Shown here: positions 39,021 to 52,844 of the stretch, in pieces
How the letters are laid out: every line of letters begins with the position of its first letter
Numbering within the stretch: position 1 is the first letter of the stretch
Origin: Veleropilina oligotropha
Lineage: Eukaryota
Direction of reading: 5' to 3'
Assembly: GCA_048128005.1 (NCBI GenBank)
Contig: JBEUKZ010000069.1
Span: 124,001-188,000, forward strand
Length of the DNA: 64,000 bases
The notes under the pieces: model-generated
What the model saw: the letters and a program-made list of their open reading frames with translations, nothing else
Database searches by the model: none
What the model was told of the DNA's origin: nothing
Translations under genes and position numbers: made by a program

Positions 39021-39468
39021 CTAGTAGAAATAAATTATGTTGCAATTAGTGCCCATTGACATTTGACAGGAAGAAATGTGATCATGCATCGAATGTCTGT
39101 GAAAGCAGACATATGAACATTGTTGTAGAGAAATCAAGTATTTATTCAAATTGTCAACATAATATCAACCTTTCTTGTGTTATTAATTGAGATAAACAGA
39201 TAAATATTATCTCATCAAGTGTTGTAGATGTGGGCGGGAGACGAAAACACCCTTGGTATACCCTTGACTGCACGATATCGTGAAATGGCATTAAATATGT
39301 CTGTTTTGGCAACGGAAACGTGCTAAACCGAAGTTATGTGTGTTACCAATGTTTTCTGATATCATTGTATTTAATTTCAAGCCATTGCCATCAAATTCAA
39401 TGTTTTTATTTAAGAATTTCGATATTTAAATATGTCAAATTCGTATTAATCAAAATTTCGGCAATCCT

Positions 39469-40852
39469 CAGAACGGCGGTCCTAAATTATTAAACAACCT
39501 AATTTGACTACAACACGTCGCACTGTTTCCCCCGAGTCCTAAATTACAGGAAAACGAAAATGACGCTTCAGAAAGTTGTTCGAAACTCCAACAGGTGTAC
39601 AAAGTCAGTAAATAAGTACAGTAAGCTAAGTACTACAAGTCTGTTAGTTGTTTCGGCGTGAAACTGCTAAATATGATAGTTGTCGCAAAACAGTTTCAAA
39701 TACTGTCCGAAGGCATACAACTTGTGACTGAAACGCCATTGGAAAGCGGATAAGTAACTTGGATACAGTACGCGGCTTTTTCCACTCTGGTAACGCAGTT
39801 TACGATTCGCTTGCATACATAAACCTTCAATCGCTTTTGTATTGATTTCGGGATGAACAGGATCAACAAAATGTTGCGCATGTACCACAACCTCGTGCTG
39901 ATATACTCCATTGTTAATTTGGTGGATATGCAGCCCAAGCATCCGTGACAATTATAGTTCCGGGAAGAATGTGAGCAATTATAATTTGTTCAAGTGCAGC
40001 TGCGTTTCTGCGAGCTACAACTTCCAACCAACAGCGCCCGCTGTCCCGCTCAAGTATTCCGACGATCCATTTGCCATGGTGCAATTGGCCTCGATGATAT
40101 ATTCGGTGAAAAAAATACGTTTCATCCACTTCAACGTACTTCGGTTGCCAGTTGTTATCAAACCACCAAGATCCACTTGATGATTCAACAGCCATGCCTG
40201 ACACTCGACCCGAAATAAGTTGTTATAATTTACAATTGTGTCCCAATTACCAATGTCCTCAAATAACATTATATGTTTCGATTTAACTTCGTATACCCAG
40301 TAGTATATCATCATAACGATTTTTCCGTGCCGAATCCACAGGCATAAAAAAACTATCATCTGCGTATGCTTGTTCTAGTATTGCAATCACGGCATTTCCA
40401 TGAATAGCCATCAGGTGACTCAGCTCGACGAACCAAGGACATCGGACGTTGGCAGTTCCCGCAGTCATTATTGTTGCGTATTAAACGATGTTCAGCAAGC
40501 TACACCAACCACTGCATTCGGTCATGCACAGTGTCGAATATTGCTTTTGGCATGCGATCAATTGATTCCAGAATGTTAACCGGTAAAACGTTATTTGTCA
40601 TATGCATCGGTGCTGGAGGTCTTCCCGCCATGGTTAATACGGATTCTCCAGGCTGGTACCATGCACTTAAGTACTATAATGTCGACCACTCCCATATGCG
40701 AGTCGTATAAAAGACTAGAACAGGGAATTTCCATAATAATTTCCAATCCGAATGCGGGACATTTTCGTGTTCTTGTAAATGAGGACTGAGAGGAATCAGT
40801 ACGACGTGTTGTAGTCAAATTAGGTGGTTTAATAATTTGGGCCGGCGTTCTG
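39469..40852 (-). mobile_element. Merlin (IS1016/IS1595-related) DNA transposon relic with ~100-bp inverted repeats; outer ends not resolved
   Basis: 39469-39566 is the reverse complement of 40754-40852 (core ACCTAATTTGACTACAACACGTCG) and brackets the transposase. Confidence 0.8.
39667..40560 (-). pseudogene. Frameshifted ISXO2-like/Merlin DDE transposase
   Basis: VEVDETYF..WIVGILERDSGRCWLEVVARRNAAALEQII..PGTIIVTDAWAAY, then HEVVVHAQHFVDP..INTKAIEGL..YLSAFQWR. An upstream Zn-ribbon reads CGNC..WKCRDC. Confidence 0.9.
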
Positions 40853-40984
40853 CCGATGTCCGCCATTTTTATTTTACTAGTCGTGAACTCGATAATTTCC
40901 GAGCAGTAACGAATGCTATTTCCCACTGGTAACATCGTGTTTACGGTAAACACGACAGGTAACGAATACAGCATTATTATTAAC

Positions 40985-42430
40985 CACATGAATCGTATGT
41001 TTTGATTCTGTATAAGTTCACATCGGATATTCTGTACGACATTTTAACCTGATCACCGCATAAATTAAAATGGCGTCCCTTATTTGTTACAGCACGGATG
41101 TTGAGTTATGCGGTAAGAATCGTATGAATTTACTCTATTAAGAAGCCTTACATGCAAATCGAACATTGTACTCTATCATGTATACATTAGCGTTTGGTTG
41201 ACCTGCCGCTTCAGTTAAGTATACTATTGTTTACATGATCGAAATATGATTTGATTTCCAAGAGACAAAGACTCCAATACGGATATTTCGATCCTGAGGA
41301 AATTCGATGACAAGTCTATGGATAGTTGCCTTGCATGTTTTCGACAAATGTTAACATTTTCATTCATATTGCAGTGGGATCACCCGTTTTTAACTTTCTA
41401 TCTGAAAAGACGATTTATTATTGTATATATTGTTATATATATCAGCGTGCGTGAAAGTCTGGCGGTTGACTGGTTAAGGTGGTTGCATTCTATTCATCCA
41501 TGAATAACTTTGCATATATTATACATAATTTGAACTGATCGGCGTGGGTTTGTTTCCGATTATAATCAGGTGTTCATTTCACAATAATATAGACTTGAAT
41601 ACAGTCATAGTTCTAACATTGAGACAACGGCAACATTAAATAACATCACCCAGCTCCATTAGTCACACTCAGATACATCGTGTGATGCCTGGCGAGTCAG
41701 TTCGTATTTACATACAACAGACGACAGTACACAGTAGACGTTTCGCTTCACTGTGAACAAGGAATTACGAGAATAACGAAATTAAACACATCTGCAATGT
41801 TTTCATATCATGCATAAGTCGTACGGAATTATCTTTATTTTTTTTATAATTTTTTTGAAATATATTTGTAATGGTCAGTTAATGAAGACTCGTTATAACG
41901 TATTTATGCATTTTATTATAAACACCATTTAACGTACAAATACATATTGCATTCAGTTACTTCATACAATATATCGTGTGCATTCGCTGTAACAGGGGAC
42001 CGTGGTGTGTCGGCTACAACATATGGACATTTTGAAGTATTCCGTATTTGCGTATTGTTCTCAAATCGATGAATATTTTTGGAATTTAATTTGAATTTAA
42101 TTTAATATTCCGTATTTGCGTATTGTTCTCAAATCGATGAATGTTTGTCATTAGTATCCATACGCATTTAATACACTAGCATGCAGCATGCTAGCATTAT
42201 GGTCATTAATATATACATTTTGTAGGTGAACTGTTCACAATAAGAATTTGTTTTTTGTTGTAATTTGTGTCTGCACATAATAATATTATGTGATCTTTAA
42301 TATAAACTGTCCACCTAATTATTTGTTCTTCAGAGGTATCCTTCTTCCGAGGAATTACTGTCTGCCACTCTTCAAATACACCACGCTGTTGACACCTGGC
42401 AGACAATGGGTAGGAAGTTATGTATGTAAA
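40985..42430 (-). repeat. Inverted duplicate of sequence upstream of the ZNF gene (matches about 8400-8900 and about 2150-2490)
   Basis: The reverse complement of 42200-42300 gives CACAAATTACAA..ACAAATTCTTATTGT(G/A)AACAGTTCACCTA, as at 2295-2340. The reverse complement of 41040-41500 matches 8400-8850. Confidence 0.8.
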
Positions 42431-42577
42431 GAACTAAGAATGATACTGTATCCAAAATGTCTTTAACGACCAGCAGATGAAGTGAAATCTGATTTATTGG
42501 AAAAATAGGCATCTGCTTCTATTCGGATTAAATCTTTAAATTCAAATATTCAAAAGTCGCGTTTCTTTTGTCCTTAA

Positions 42578-42789
<212 letters not shown>

Positions 42790-43058
42790 ATCACTATACT
42801 TGCGAGGAGATGGACATGAATACACCCTAACTTGCGAGGTTATAATAACTTCCGAGGTCATATTTCGCGTCCTCGAAAGTTTTTCTCTTATTTTGGGTCA
42901 TGTAGCTCTTTGACGTCTAAAAACCACTTTTTTAACCAGGCCTCGAAAGTTAGGAAAATATGATTGCGTGTGAATAGTGTGTATACACCAGGTGTCGCTG
43001 CTGTCGGTTTTCTTCACAGAGTGTGACCACTGATGTCGACTTCACACAGACGGTTATC

Positions 43059-43076
43059 TCTTGCGCATGCGCAAGA
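43059..43076. promoter_or_regulatory. Perfect 18-bp palindrome containing the NRF1/EWG consensus TGCGCATGCGCA
   Basis: TCTTGCGCATGCGCAAGA, with an E-box TCACGTGA nearby at about 43118. Function is not shown. Confidence 0.4.
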
Positions 43077-43687
43077 TTTTTGTGTACGCGTCATTCATTA
43101 ATGTACACATGACACTATCACGTGACTGCCTTTGCCGCCAGCAGACGAATTAGGCGATGTAAGTATAAAATACTTAATCTCATGTCTTTGTGTATACTAT
43201 TGCTTATTTTCATGTGCTGTAAATTCATATGTGACCATGCACAAAAGTATTATGGATTATTGTTGATAGTTAGACTAGCTATTATCGTAATAACGTACGT
43301 GTATTCAGGTGGTAATTTTCATGTGCGAGCATCCTACTAGACCTAGTAGACGATATTTATGTGCGTCGTTTACAAACTTTACGCGATAATAGCATTACAG
43401 CGAATTACGTTCGTCTCAAGATACATGCAAGCAGTCACAAAATACTGAAAACACTTTTATCATGTTTCCAAATACCTGCCTTACGTAGGTAAATTAAATC
43501 GCGTCTATTTTCAATTTTCTACCACTACTAGACCTAATTGCGTAAATGTCCGTAACTACTCCTATAACATATGAGACCGGGTTGACGTGGCTTCCCAACC
43601 CTAGCTCATATCTCCCAAGCACCATTTATGACGAGCAGGTTCCCGACAAAATCCATCGGGAACGGTTTTGGATCAAATTACTTATTA

Positions 43688-44145
43688 ACAAGAACGACGC
43701 GTTCGAAATATGTCTTGACCTTTCTTTATTTCTAATTTTCATAACAGTTATAACGTTACAATGGCTAAGTGCAAGTACATCATGGCTTAATTTACTACCC
43801 CGTCGAATGTGACGTCACTCAATGACGATTAATCTAAAGCGACGTCATAATGACGTCATTGCTATTTGCTTGCAATATTAGACATCAGTTACATACGAAT
43901 ATGGATTAAAGTGCTCAATAAATGCATATTTTTGCAAAATTGTGTCGCGAAAGTTATATACACGACCTACAAATACTCTTGGGAATGTGTGTACCAATTT
44001 TGGTGAAAATTGATCCAGTAGTTTTCAAAATAATCAGCGGATATATATATATATATGTATATATGTATATATATATATATATGTATATACACTCGGACCA
44101 TTTGATAATGTCTTGTCCTTTTTTACAAAAAGGTCAAGACATAAA
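43688..44145 (-). mobile_element. HINE/DINE-1-like element with an internal (TA)n-type microsatellite
   Basis: Subterminal inverted pair ATGTCTTGACCTTT (about 43709) and AAAGGTCAAGACAT (about 44129), a terminal hairpin and T-rich ends. Confidence 0.65.
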
Positions 44146-44369
44146 AATACAGTGAAACAAACAGTAAATACATAAATTGTATAAATATGCATGAATATAC
44201 ACATACCTGTTAGTTTTTATTGATTTTGTTGTTATAATGTATGATAAAACAGCATTATTTGTCAATGTTTAAGGATTTAATGAAAACGTAACGCTAACGT
44301 CCCAAAATAGCGACCGTCTTCTGTTTACATTGTGAAAGTTAAAAACCGTCCGTTTTGTGTTCCAACATA

Positions 44370-45429
44370 CAGGGCATGAAATGTTTGTTTGGTGCCACCT
44401 GTCACAGGTACATATTTTTTTTACCTGTCAAACATATTTCTACCTGTACATGTATACTTCGAGAAATAAAGTGTGTATATTAAACTATAAGTTTAGTATA
44501 ATTATGTTGTGTTTTTTTGTTCTCGTTGAACACCTCACTCACTGGATATTGGGAGAGTAAAAGTGTCTGATAATTTAAACAATTTACATAACCAGCTTAA
44601 CATACATTAATTTATATAATTAAATAACTGATTTGATGTTTAACGACCACGTCAAATATATTTCAGTCATAATTGGATCGACTGACTTGAAAGGTTAAAA
44701 TAACTAGGTATATATATTAGAAACAGTAATCACATTTTAACAGTTGAGACATACAGAACTTAAGATCAATATAAAAATAGCAGATTTGCAAATTTAAAAA
44801 GTAAAAGGGTTAAAGTTTATAAAATATATTAACTTCTTGTAAAAATGACATTAATTTTAAAATTACTAAATAGTTCTGAAGTTAGAAATCCCTAAGATAT
44901 ATTTGAAGCAATGAGTCTAAGTTGATCAATATTACATAATAATAAATATGTATTCCTTTAAATCTTAATAACCATCCACAAGCATGCATCCCTCGCGATA
45001 GCCTTTCCCCTATATCAATGCAGATATAGTATACCCTTGGCTTTATCATATTGTCAGACATTGTCACTGTTTCTGTTTTTTTGTTTATCGAGCGAAGTGT
45101 CAACGCAATGAAAACAATTAAAAATAGACCTTGGCCAGAAGGTGTTGTCAGCTGTCACTAATGCGTGCGCACATAAGAAGTGATGAATATGTTTATCGAC
45201 AAGTCTGGTAAATAACAAGAGCACGTGTGGACAGAATATTTGACTTATCTAGCTGTTTGTCATGAATACATGTTAAAAGTGAGTAGACATAGTCATGTGG
45301 CTGAAAACAAGTTATATACATGGACAACTATATTGTATTTCAAGTATCTATGGTAGATTTCTATTTCGCCTGTCGCCCGTACATTTTTACCTGTCGCGAC
45401 AGGTGGACAGGCGTACATTTCGAGCCCTG
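44370..45429. mobile_element. hAT-like MITE
   Basis: TIRs CAGGGCATGAAATGT ... ACATTTCGAGCCCTG with subterminal CCTGT(C/A) repeats at both ends. No matching 8-bp TSD was seen. Confidence 0.6.
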
Positions 45430-45757
45430 TAATGTCATAGCTTTTCGGTGTTAAGGTAACAAAATTGGGGCAGCATGTGATGAAATTTTGTATAAAGGAA
45501 CATATACCGATGCAAGTAAGTGATAAACTGTAGTTACTTTATTGAAATTTAGTATTTTTCGCCACGGGACGTGATTTTCACCATGAGATTATTCTGTGGT
45601 GAGAAATTTTAGCTCAGCCGTTAGAGTCTGATATTAGGAACTATAGCAGGCTCTAACGTTGTTGGAGTAGTCTGTAACCTGCTTACATTTTCTTTCCGTA
45701 AATTATTTTACAACAGATTTTGTTTAAAATAATATTGTAACTTATTAAACAATAATT

Positions 45758-45992
45758 TTATAAGATCATAAAGGGGTTAGTAGCCACACCGCTAGAGGAA
45801 CACCTTGTACCAAATACAAACACCAGATTACGCACCAAAAACAGCCTAAATTTTAGACAACAAACTACAGATACAGAAATCTTCCGGAACTCATTCTTTA
45901 CACGTACAATGATAGACTGGAATTCCTTACCCGAAAACTCCGTGCGCACCGAAACCATAGAAACATTTAAGCATAAATTAACAACACCATAA
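45758..45992 (+). mobile_element. 3' fragment of a LINE ORF2
   Basis: YKIIKGLV..FRNSFFTRTMIDWNSLPE..ETFKHKL. Confidence 0.7.
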
Positions 45993-46094
45993 ATTAAGCA
46001 CTCTTCCAACCCAGAAGTTTATACTCATGATTGAGGCCTTTCCGGTGTCTGTATATTTACAAAGTATTTATTTCCCAACATACACTTGAAGTCG

Positions 46095-46520
46095 ATGCTA
46101 ATTTTTATTGTTTAATATATTCATTAATGATATATTTTACTTTGTTAATGATAGTACATTGTATAATTATGCTGATGACAATACCCTCTCCTACTCGCAT
46201 AAAGATGTGCATAAAGAGAGATTGCTCTTCAAGTGTACAGGATTTTAAACAATGAAAGTCCTACTTATCTACAAAATTTAATCACTAAGAAAGACAACAG
46301 TACTTACTCTTTTAGGTATTTAAATTTATTAAATTTACCATATACAAGAACTGTACGATATGGTACAAAATCGTTTAAACATGCTGCTGCTTCCATCTGG
46401 AACAGCCTCCCAGATTCTATGAGACGTCACAAGCCGTCTCCTACAATAGCTTTAAATCAAATTTACAAACTTGGAATGGCAGCACTTGTAAATGCTCCAT
46501 GTGCAAATAATCGGCTTTTA
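46095..46520 (+). mobile_element. Internally deleted CR1/L2-group LINE fragment
   Basis: LLFNIFINDIF..LYNYADDNTL joined to SPTYLQNL..RTVRYGTKSFKHAAASIWNSLP. Confidence 0.75.
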
Positions 46521-49184
46521 TTACCTTGTGCATTTTATACCAATCATTTGTATATTTGTATGCTGATGTCTATGATACTATAATCTTTGCACGCTTTCCT
46601 CTTATATAAGTAGACATTATATCTTTTTATTCCCAATTATTTTAATTCACGCCTTTTTTTCGAACTTGTATATGTGTGCTGTGTGGTTTTCTTTTTTTTG
46701 TAAATATCCTTTATCTCTTTTTATTTAAATGTTATAATTTATCTCGGTTCAATAGCTAGTAATAGCAAATGTTATTTTGTTGTATCGCCTTGCCGAGTTT
46801 AAATAAAGTTTTATGATTCTGATGCTGAAAGTCAAGCGGAAATTCGTAATACGGCTTGTGATTGGTTGGCTTGGGGAATCCCAGTCGTAACGAATATTTT
46901 TATTGGTTATTTCTCAGTGCAGCATTACAGGGCTATTTTTACACCTTCATATCATTACATGATGGATCATGTCGTTATGTTATGCATCTGGAAATCAAGT
47001 ACATAACAGCGTTATTTATTTGAATTCTCAACATTTTCTCTTACAAATCTAGGTCATAGATATGTAAAAATGTATAAATATTTATTATTATGACATCAGG
47101 TGGTTTTGTTGAGCCTCAGAGAGCAAACAACTCATGATATCATAGAACGCACGATATGATGACACATTTACAGTCAATATACGCCTTACTTGTCTGTTGG
47201 TTGGTAACTTTGTTTTACAACTAATGTTAGCAGGATACTGCCCACGATGGTCGCGCCGGTCGCTTGTAACCGGAACTCAAATTTCGCGACCGGGATTAAA
47301 TACTATTACGCAAAATCCGACCAGCACTATTTTCGCCTGATATACAGATATAAAATGTTTTTTATAATATACGATATAAGTACGAGTCGCTATAAAATGA
47401 ACACGTTCTTTAATCATAAATGTAGCAATAATAGCATTTTTTAACATTTTACCTCCATATTCAACAAATATAAATTTCACGACGCCATTACTATTCCATG
47501 CGTTGTTGACAAGTCGACCTATATTCGTCTTCTTTGTTTCCGCATTCATTTGCGGAATGTAGGGAAGGTCTTCCGGGACTCTTCCGACAGTGAGGAATTT
47601 CTTTGATCGAAACAAATATTCCGGAGCAAGATTTTTTAGAAAATAGCAGAGGTACTAAAATCATTTACAGACATCGTTGAAACGATGTCCATGTTGAATT
47701 ACTTTAAGCGCTCAGCTAGTAATAGTAAATTACAAACGAATGAAATTATTCCTGAGAAAAAGGAAAAAGTGACACCAGAAGGAAGTTTAGATGAAAATAA
47801 AGACAGATGCCAAAGAAAAAAATGATCTTAGTAGTAGTCCGCTGGGTTCCAAACACGTGATGCACCATATTAATATTTTTTGTAACAAATTTTTAAATGG
47901 AGAGTGACAAATACTTAATATATTACAATGGCCATAATAATTGCAATTCAGCTCAAATGCCAGGAGAAGGCTTCTAAGACAACCGATTTTCAAAATTATC
48001 CTCGGCAACCATCTCCCCACTTCAGTCTTTGTCAGACCGGGAATGATTGGCAAGGCTCTAACTCTAAGCTCATCTAACATCATCAGCCACTCTTATGATC
48101 TATTCCAAAGTCACATGATTTTTATATCAGACTCTCCCATGAGATAATATAAGATGAAATAAGATGCTATTGCTTGAATCACATGGTTTCTATATTAGGC
48201 ACATTATGATTGTTGTTTTTTGTGGTTACCACAACACTAGAGTACTCTCTCATTATATGACGAAAGATCACGTTACCCATTCTTCGATGGGAGATATCAA
48301 ACTAAGGTTTAGATAACAAATACCTCCGAAAAATTGTTAGAATGTGGTCGTAAAAACTGCTGCTTCACTTCACAACCCAGATATCAAAATACAAATTAGG
48401 ACACAATTGATTCATATTCGCACCTTTTACGTTTTATAGGTACCTTCATATTCATTATTCATTATGACGAACAATGATATTATCGATAATAATCCTTGTG
48501 GATTCCTTATTTTCTATTCTGATTTTGAGTTCTCAGAAATGTGTGCCTTTGCTCTGATTTTGACATTAATGTATTGGAATTGATTGTTAATGGTTTTTAT
48601 TGTTTAACTTTTTTTTCATTAATGTAATTTAATGCATGCATATTATTTAGCATTATTAGTAATTTTTATTTCTTGAAAATTCATGTTCAACGATAGTAAT
48701 TTAACATTTTTAAAGGTGAGAATTAAAAGTAGTGCAATAATTTGGCAAAATTATATCCCTCGATACGAATCAGGAAGCTACAAAACTCTGTCTATAGATT
48801 ATTTGGCATTATTTGTTCAGTTATGAATCACAGTTGTCCGTAACTGGTCAGAGAGAGCTGGGCGACCAGGCTATCCTTCCACGATAATATGGATATGTCC
48901 TGCTTATGTCCTGATGTTTGACTACTTGTAAATATACAGGATATTAAGCATCAATCCAATCCGATTTAGTTTTACAACCACATGTAACATTTTTTCAGTG
49001 GTACACTGTATGTGTAATTGAGGCCCCGATTTAACGTTTAAATGATTTGTATATGGTAGATAGATACTTTGTGTGATACGTGCTACATATATCCCAATTA
49101 CTTTAATTACATGACCTTGACCTTATTTTGCATGAAATTTACATATCTGATCTTTATATTTGATGGAAAAACCACTTGTAGTAT

Positions 49185-49398
49185 AGGCCGCTTCGACAGC
49201 TGTGTGTTATCGGTTGTGGACTACCGAAAATCACTGGCTTGATTCCAATGACGCGAACAGTTGTCCGTAACTGGTTGGAGACGGCGGGTTCCCCGGGCGA
49301 CCGGGCTTTCCTCCCGCGATAATACGGACATGTCCTGGTTTGAACCAAAAAATGGTTGTAAATATACAGAACAATAAGCATCGATCCTTTCCTTTCCT
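49185..49398 (+). mobile_element. SINE copy (family of 15838-16099); partial copies at about 48810-48960 and 63830-64000
   Basis: Starts GGCCGCTTCG and contains CAGTTGTCCGTAACTGG, CCCGGGCGACCGGGCTTTCCTCCCGCGATAA and AAATATACAG. Confidence 0.75.
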
Positions 49399-50641
49399 AT
49401 ATATATCGTAAATGCCCAGTGATTATTGTGACCTATTTTCAAGGTATGTCAAAAGATGTTCATCCAGTTGGTGTTATTGCTTTATAATGAAGTTGAGAAA
49501 TTAGCAAACATTGTATTTAATGGGAAGATATATTTGAGGGATACCGACAATCATCTTGCAGACTCCACTTGATTATAGTGTCCTTTAATCACTTTCGAAT
49601 TTTATTCGTACCATTGTTTTGTGCTATATCTTCAATAATAATACTTTAAATTAATATATTTGGTGGATTAACATCTGAGGGGATGCCACTGACCTCGGTT
49701 AATATATATTATTTGTACGAGGATGACAGTATATTTGTGGAACAGTGATGTGTCACCACCACCATTTAAGTCACACATGCTGCTTTCTGTCACAAATATG
49801 TCGTTTGAACCTCACTGTATCAGTTTATTGTGACAATTAACACAATTTGTGAAATTACATGTGATAAAATAATGTTCATTTATTTCAGATGTCTGTTTGT
49901 AATGATTCTGAATCGGACAGCGAAAGAACCGACTCTAATGATGAGGGAGACAAAGATTACGTGGCAGGCAGCAGTGATGAATCTTCTGACGAATCTTCCG
50001 ATTGCGACATGAACTATGGACTATTTAAGAACATTAATTCGCATCTAAAGATTAGGCCACCCACTGAGTCACCATCAAATAATGTATCGTGTTCTAGACC
50101 TGCTTCAAATTCAATTCAGGACGATAACTGTGATGGAGAAACCCTATCTGTTCAGGCAGCTTCTAAGATCAATGGAAAACGTGTCTGGGACAAGAAGCAA
50201 TATTGTTTGTATTGTCAAGTTGCCAAATATAAATTACCCAGACACTTAGAGCTTGTGCATGCTGAAGAACCTGAAGTGAAAGACATGCTTAGTTATGATA
50301 TTGGCAGTGCGGAAAGGCTTCATATCCTGCAAAGGTTGGAAAACAGAGGAAATCACAATCACAATTACAATGTTCTCAGTGCGGGGAAAGGAGTCATTGT
50401 GCCTTACAGGCGACCAAGCGCCCCTGGCTGCGGTGTGTATGACTACTTACCCTGTGAGTTTTGTCTTGCTTGGTTTTACCGTCCAGATATGTGGAAACAT
50501 ATTAAGTCAAGCAAGTTCAAAGGAGAGAAACAAATAACAGGAAGAAGGGTTCAGGCTCGTTGTTCCTATTTAACACCACTGTCTCCAATAGTGAGTGAGG
50601 CTGTTAGACGAGATATCTTGGCAAAAATGAATCAAGATGAT

Positions 50642-51099
50642 TTATCTTGCCTTTGACGTTAATCCGTCGTTCTGATTGGATGACGTCAGTTACGTAAATA
50701 CCCTTATACCCCGTCTGTTTGATGTTATTTTCAAACAGACGGGGTATAAATAACTTATTACCCGTCTCCATGGAGATCGGAGAGGCTCGGCTCTTTCCGT
50801 AAAATCGATAACGCCGTCTGCTTCATTGCAATGTAAACAAAGCGATTAATATTCATGGCTGCGTCCGTATCAAGTGAAACCAAGTTGTCAACAATAATCA
50901 GATAGTGAGTTATTTAATAGATACGCAAATGATTATTATATAAAGGCAAGATAAATTCGTTGTCGAATCTCCGTCTTGGTAGTATACGGTATGTTGTACA
51001 CCTTTTGACGTTGAACTCCCTCGGCTATCGCCTCGGGGTTTAACGTCAGGCGGTGTACAACATACCGTATACTACCGCGACGTCGTTCGACAACTTATA
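50642..51099 (+). mobile_element. 458-bp non-autonomous SIR-plus-hairpin element inserted in the YR coding exon
   Basis: 5' TTATCTTGCCTTT has an inverted copy AAAGGCAAGATAA at 50942. TCTGATTGG lies at 50671, a 19-bp internal palindrome at 50704-50749 and the terminal hairpin at 50959-51094. It ends CAACTTATA with no TSD. Confidence 0.88.
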
Positions 51100-52844
51100 A
51101 TAACTCGAAAAGCCATTGCAGATGAATATATCATGAAATTTGCCATGAGATTATATGCTAAGGTGGGACATAAACATCATTTACATTCATATATCAGTCA
51201 AAAGATCAGAGAACTGGCACGCTTTTTGATTGCAGTCACAAATGAAGACAAGGAAATTTACTCGTTAAGAGGATGCCTGACTCCAAAGAAATTTGACAGT
51301 GTTGTAAGTGCAGTAAAAGCAGTTGCTGGCTTTAATTTTGACACTCATCGATATCGTGTACCATCTCTTGCTTTGAAAATTGGTCAGTCATTAAAGAAAT
51401 GTAGTGAACTTCTAAAGAGTTTTGCCCTGATAAATAACTTGCCAGAGGACAAAACGAATGCTGACGAATTTTTAGAACTGTGTAATCTTCAATGGTCATG
51501 TGAAGTGTCTATCCATGCACTGAACACATTAAAAGAAGCCAAGATGAACAAACCGATGCTGATTCCTTTAACAGAAGATGTGCAGAAACTTCAGAAGTAT
51601 TTGCAGGAAAACATAGCCAAACTTCAATCACACTCTGGCAACATAACAAATGGAGAATGGGGTGCGCTGTGTACATTAACTCTGACAGAAGTTGTGCTTT
51701 TCAACCGAAGGAGGGGTGGTGAGGCTGAGCGACTGAAGGTAGAAACATATAATGAAGCAACTGATGCTGCAAAGAAACAGCTACCATGTAATAGTATTAT
51801 TCTAAGATGTTTGTCTCCACTAGAACGAGAGCTGTGCAAATGTCTAACAAGAATTGAGATTTTAGGGAAAAAAGACAGGATTGTGCCTGTACTGCTTACC
51901 AAGAAAATGAAAAGAGACATTGACTTTTTGCTGCAGTCTAGAAGCAAGTTTGTCCATTCACTAAATCCATACATGTTTGCTAGAGCAAGCAAGACAGCGG
52001 TGACCCCATACAGAAGTTGTGACACATTAAGAAAATTTAGTAGGGAGTGTGGAGCAGAATATCCAGATTGCTTGACCTCAACTAAACTTCGCAAACACAT
52101 TGCCACCATGTGTCAGATTTTAAATCTTAAAGATAATGAAATGGATCTTTTGGCAACATTCCTTGGGCACAACATAAAGGTACACCAAGATTTGTATCGT
52201 CTTCCCGAATCAACACTGCAAGTAGCTAAAGTGGCAAAGATTTTATTGGCTCTGGAGAGAGGCCAATTATCAGATTATAAGGGCAAGTCGCTGGATGAAA
52301 TTGATCTGGATGTCAATAAAGGTAAGTTTGAACTTAATAGATATTACTTATTTTTCTTTCATGCACATTGATGGCATGTTCTGTTGTACTTATTGAGACA
52401 TGTTTGATTAATTGATTGCATTGATTAATTGAGACAAGGATAATTGAAGGTTGGTAAACTTTGGTCATGCAAGCAAGCAAAACTCTGACACTATTTTTCA
52501 AATGCAGAGACAAATGATTTATGAACATTTGAAATTGTATTATTTATCATGTAATAATGTATTATCCCCACTTTTGTACATTTTCTACTGAGCGGCTTGG
52601 GATATGGTAGTGAACAGAGCAATCAATTCACATGCATCGCTGATCTGTCCAATATGAGTGGTTTGAATCATCTGCTGGACACCTTGTTCAGTTAACTGTC
52701 ACAGTTGTACCCAACAGGCTGGTTTTCCTGCTAACCAGGTTTTCCTATCACGATAATATGATCATATCAAGTGGATATATATTAAAGTCCATATCCTGGC
52801 ATGACGTACTGTACCCATTCATTATTCATAACAAGTGGTTCGTA

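Noticed and set aside
41043..41478. TTAA-flanked segment as an independent piggyBac-like MITE
   Set aside because: TIR similarity is weak, and the flanks beyond TTAA are also shared with the 8400-8900 copy, so it is better explained as part of the larger inverted duplicate.
47685..47825. MSMLNYFKRS.. short ORF as the first exon of the YR gene
   Set aside because: No convincing donor site was found. It follows a CAGG-start, GGTCGC/GCGACC-rich segment at about 47231 that looks like a hAT end, so it is more likely a hAT fragment; too weak to list as a feature.
50642..51099. The insertion as a spliceosomal intron of the YR gene
   Set aside because: Its boundaries are TT..TA, not GT..AG. The only nearby in-frame GT/AG pair noticed (50595/51121) lacks a pyrimidine tract and would delete coding sequence.
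51624..52109. 161-aa minus-strand ORF
   Set aside because: It is the antisense shadow of the YR exon and has no recognisable motif.
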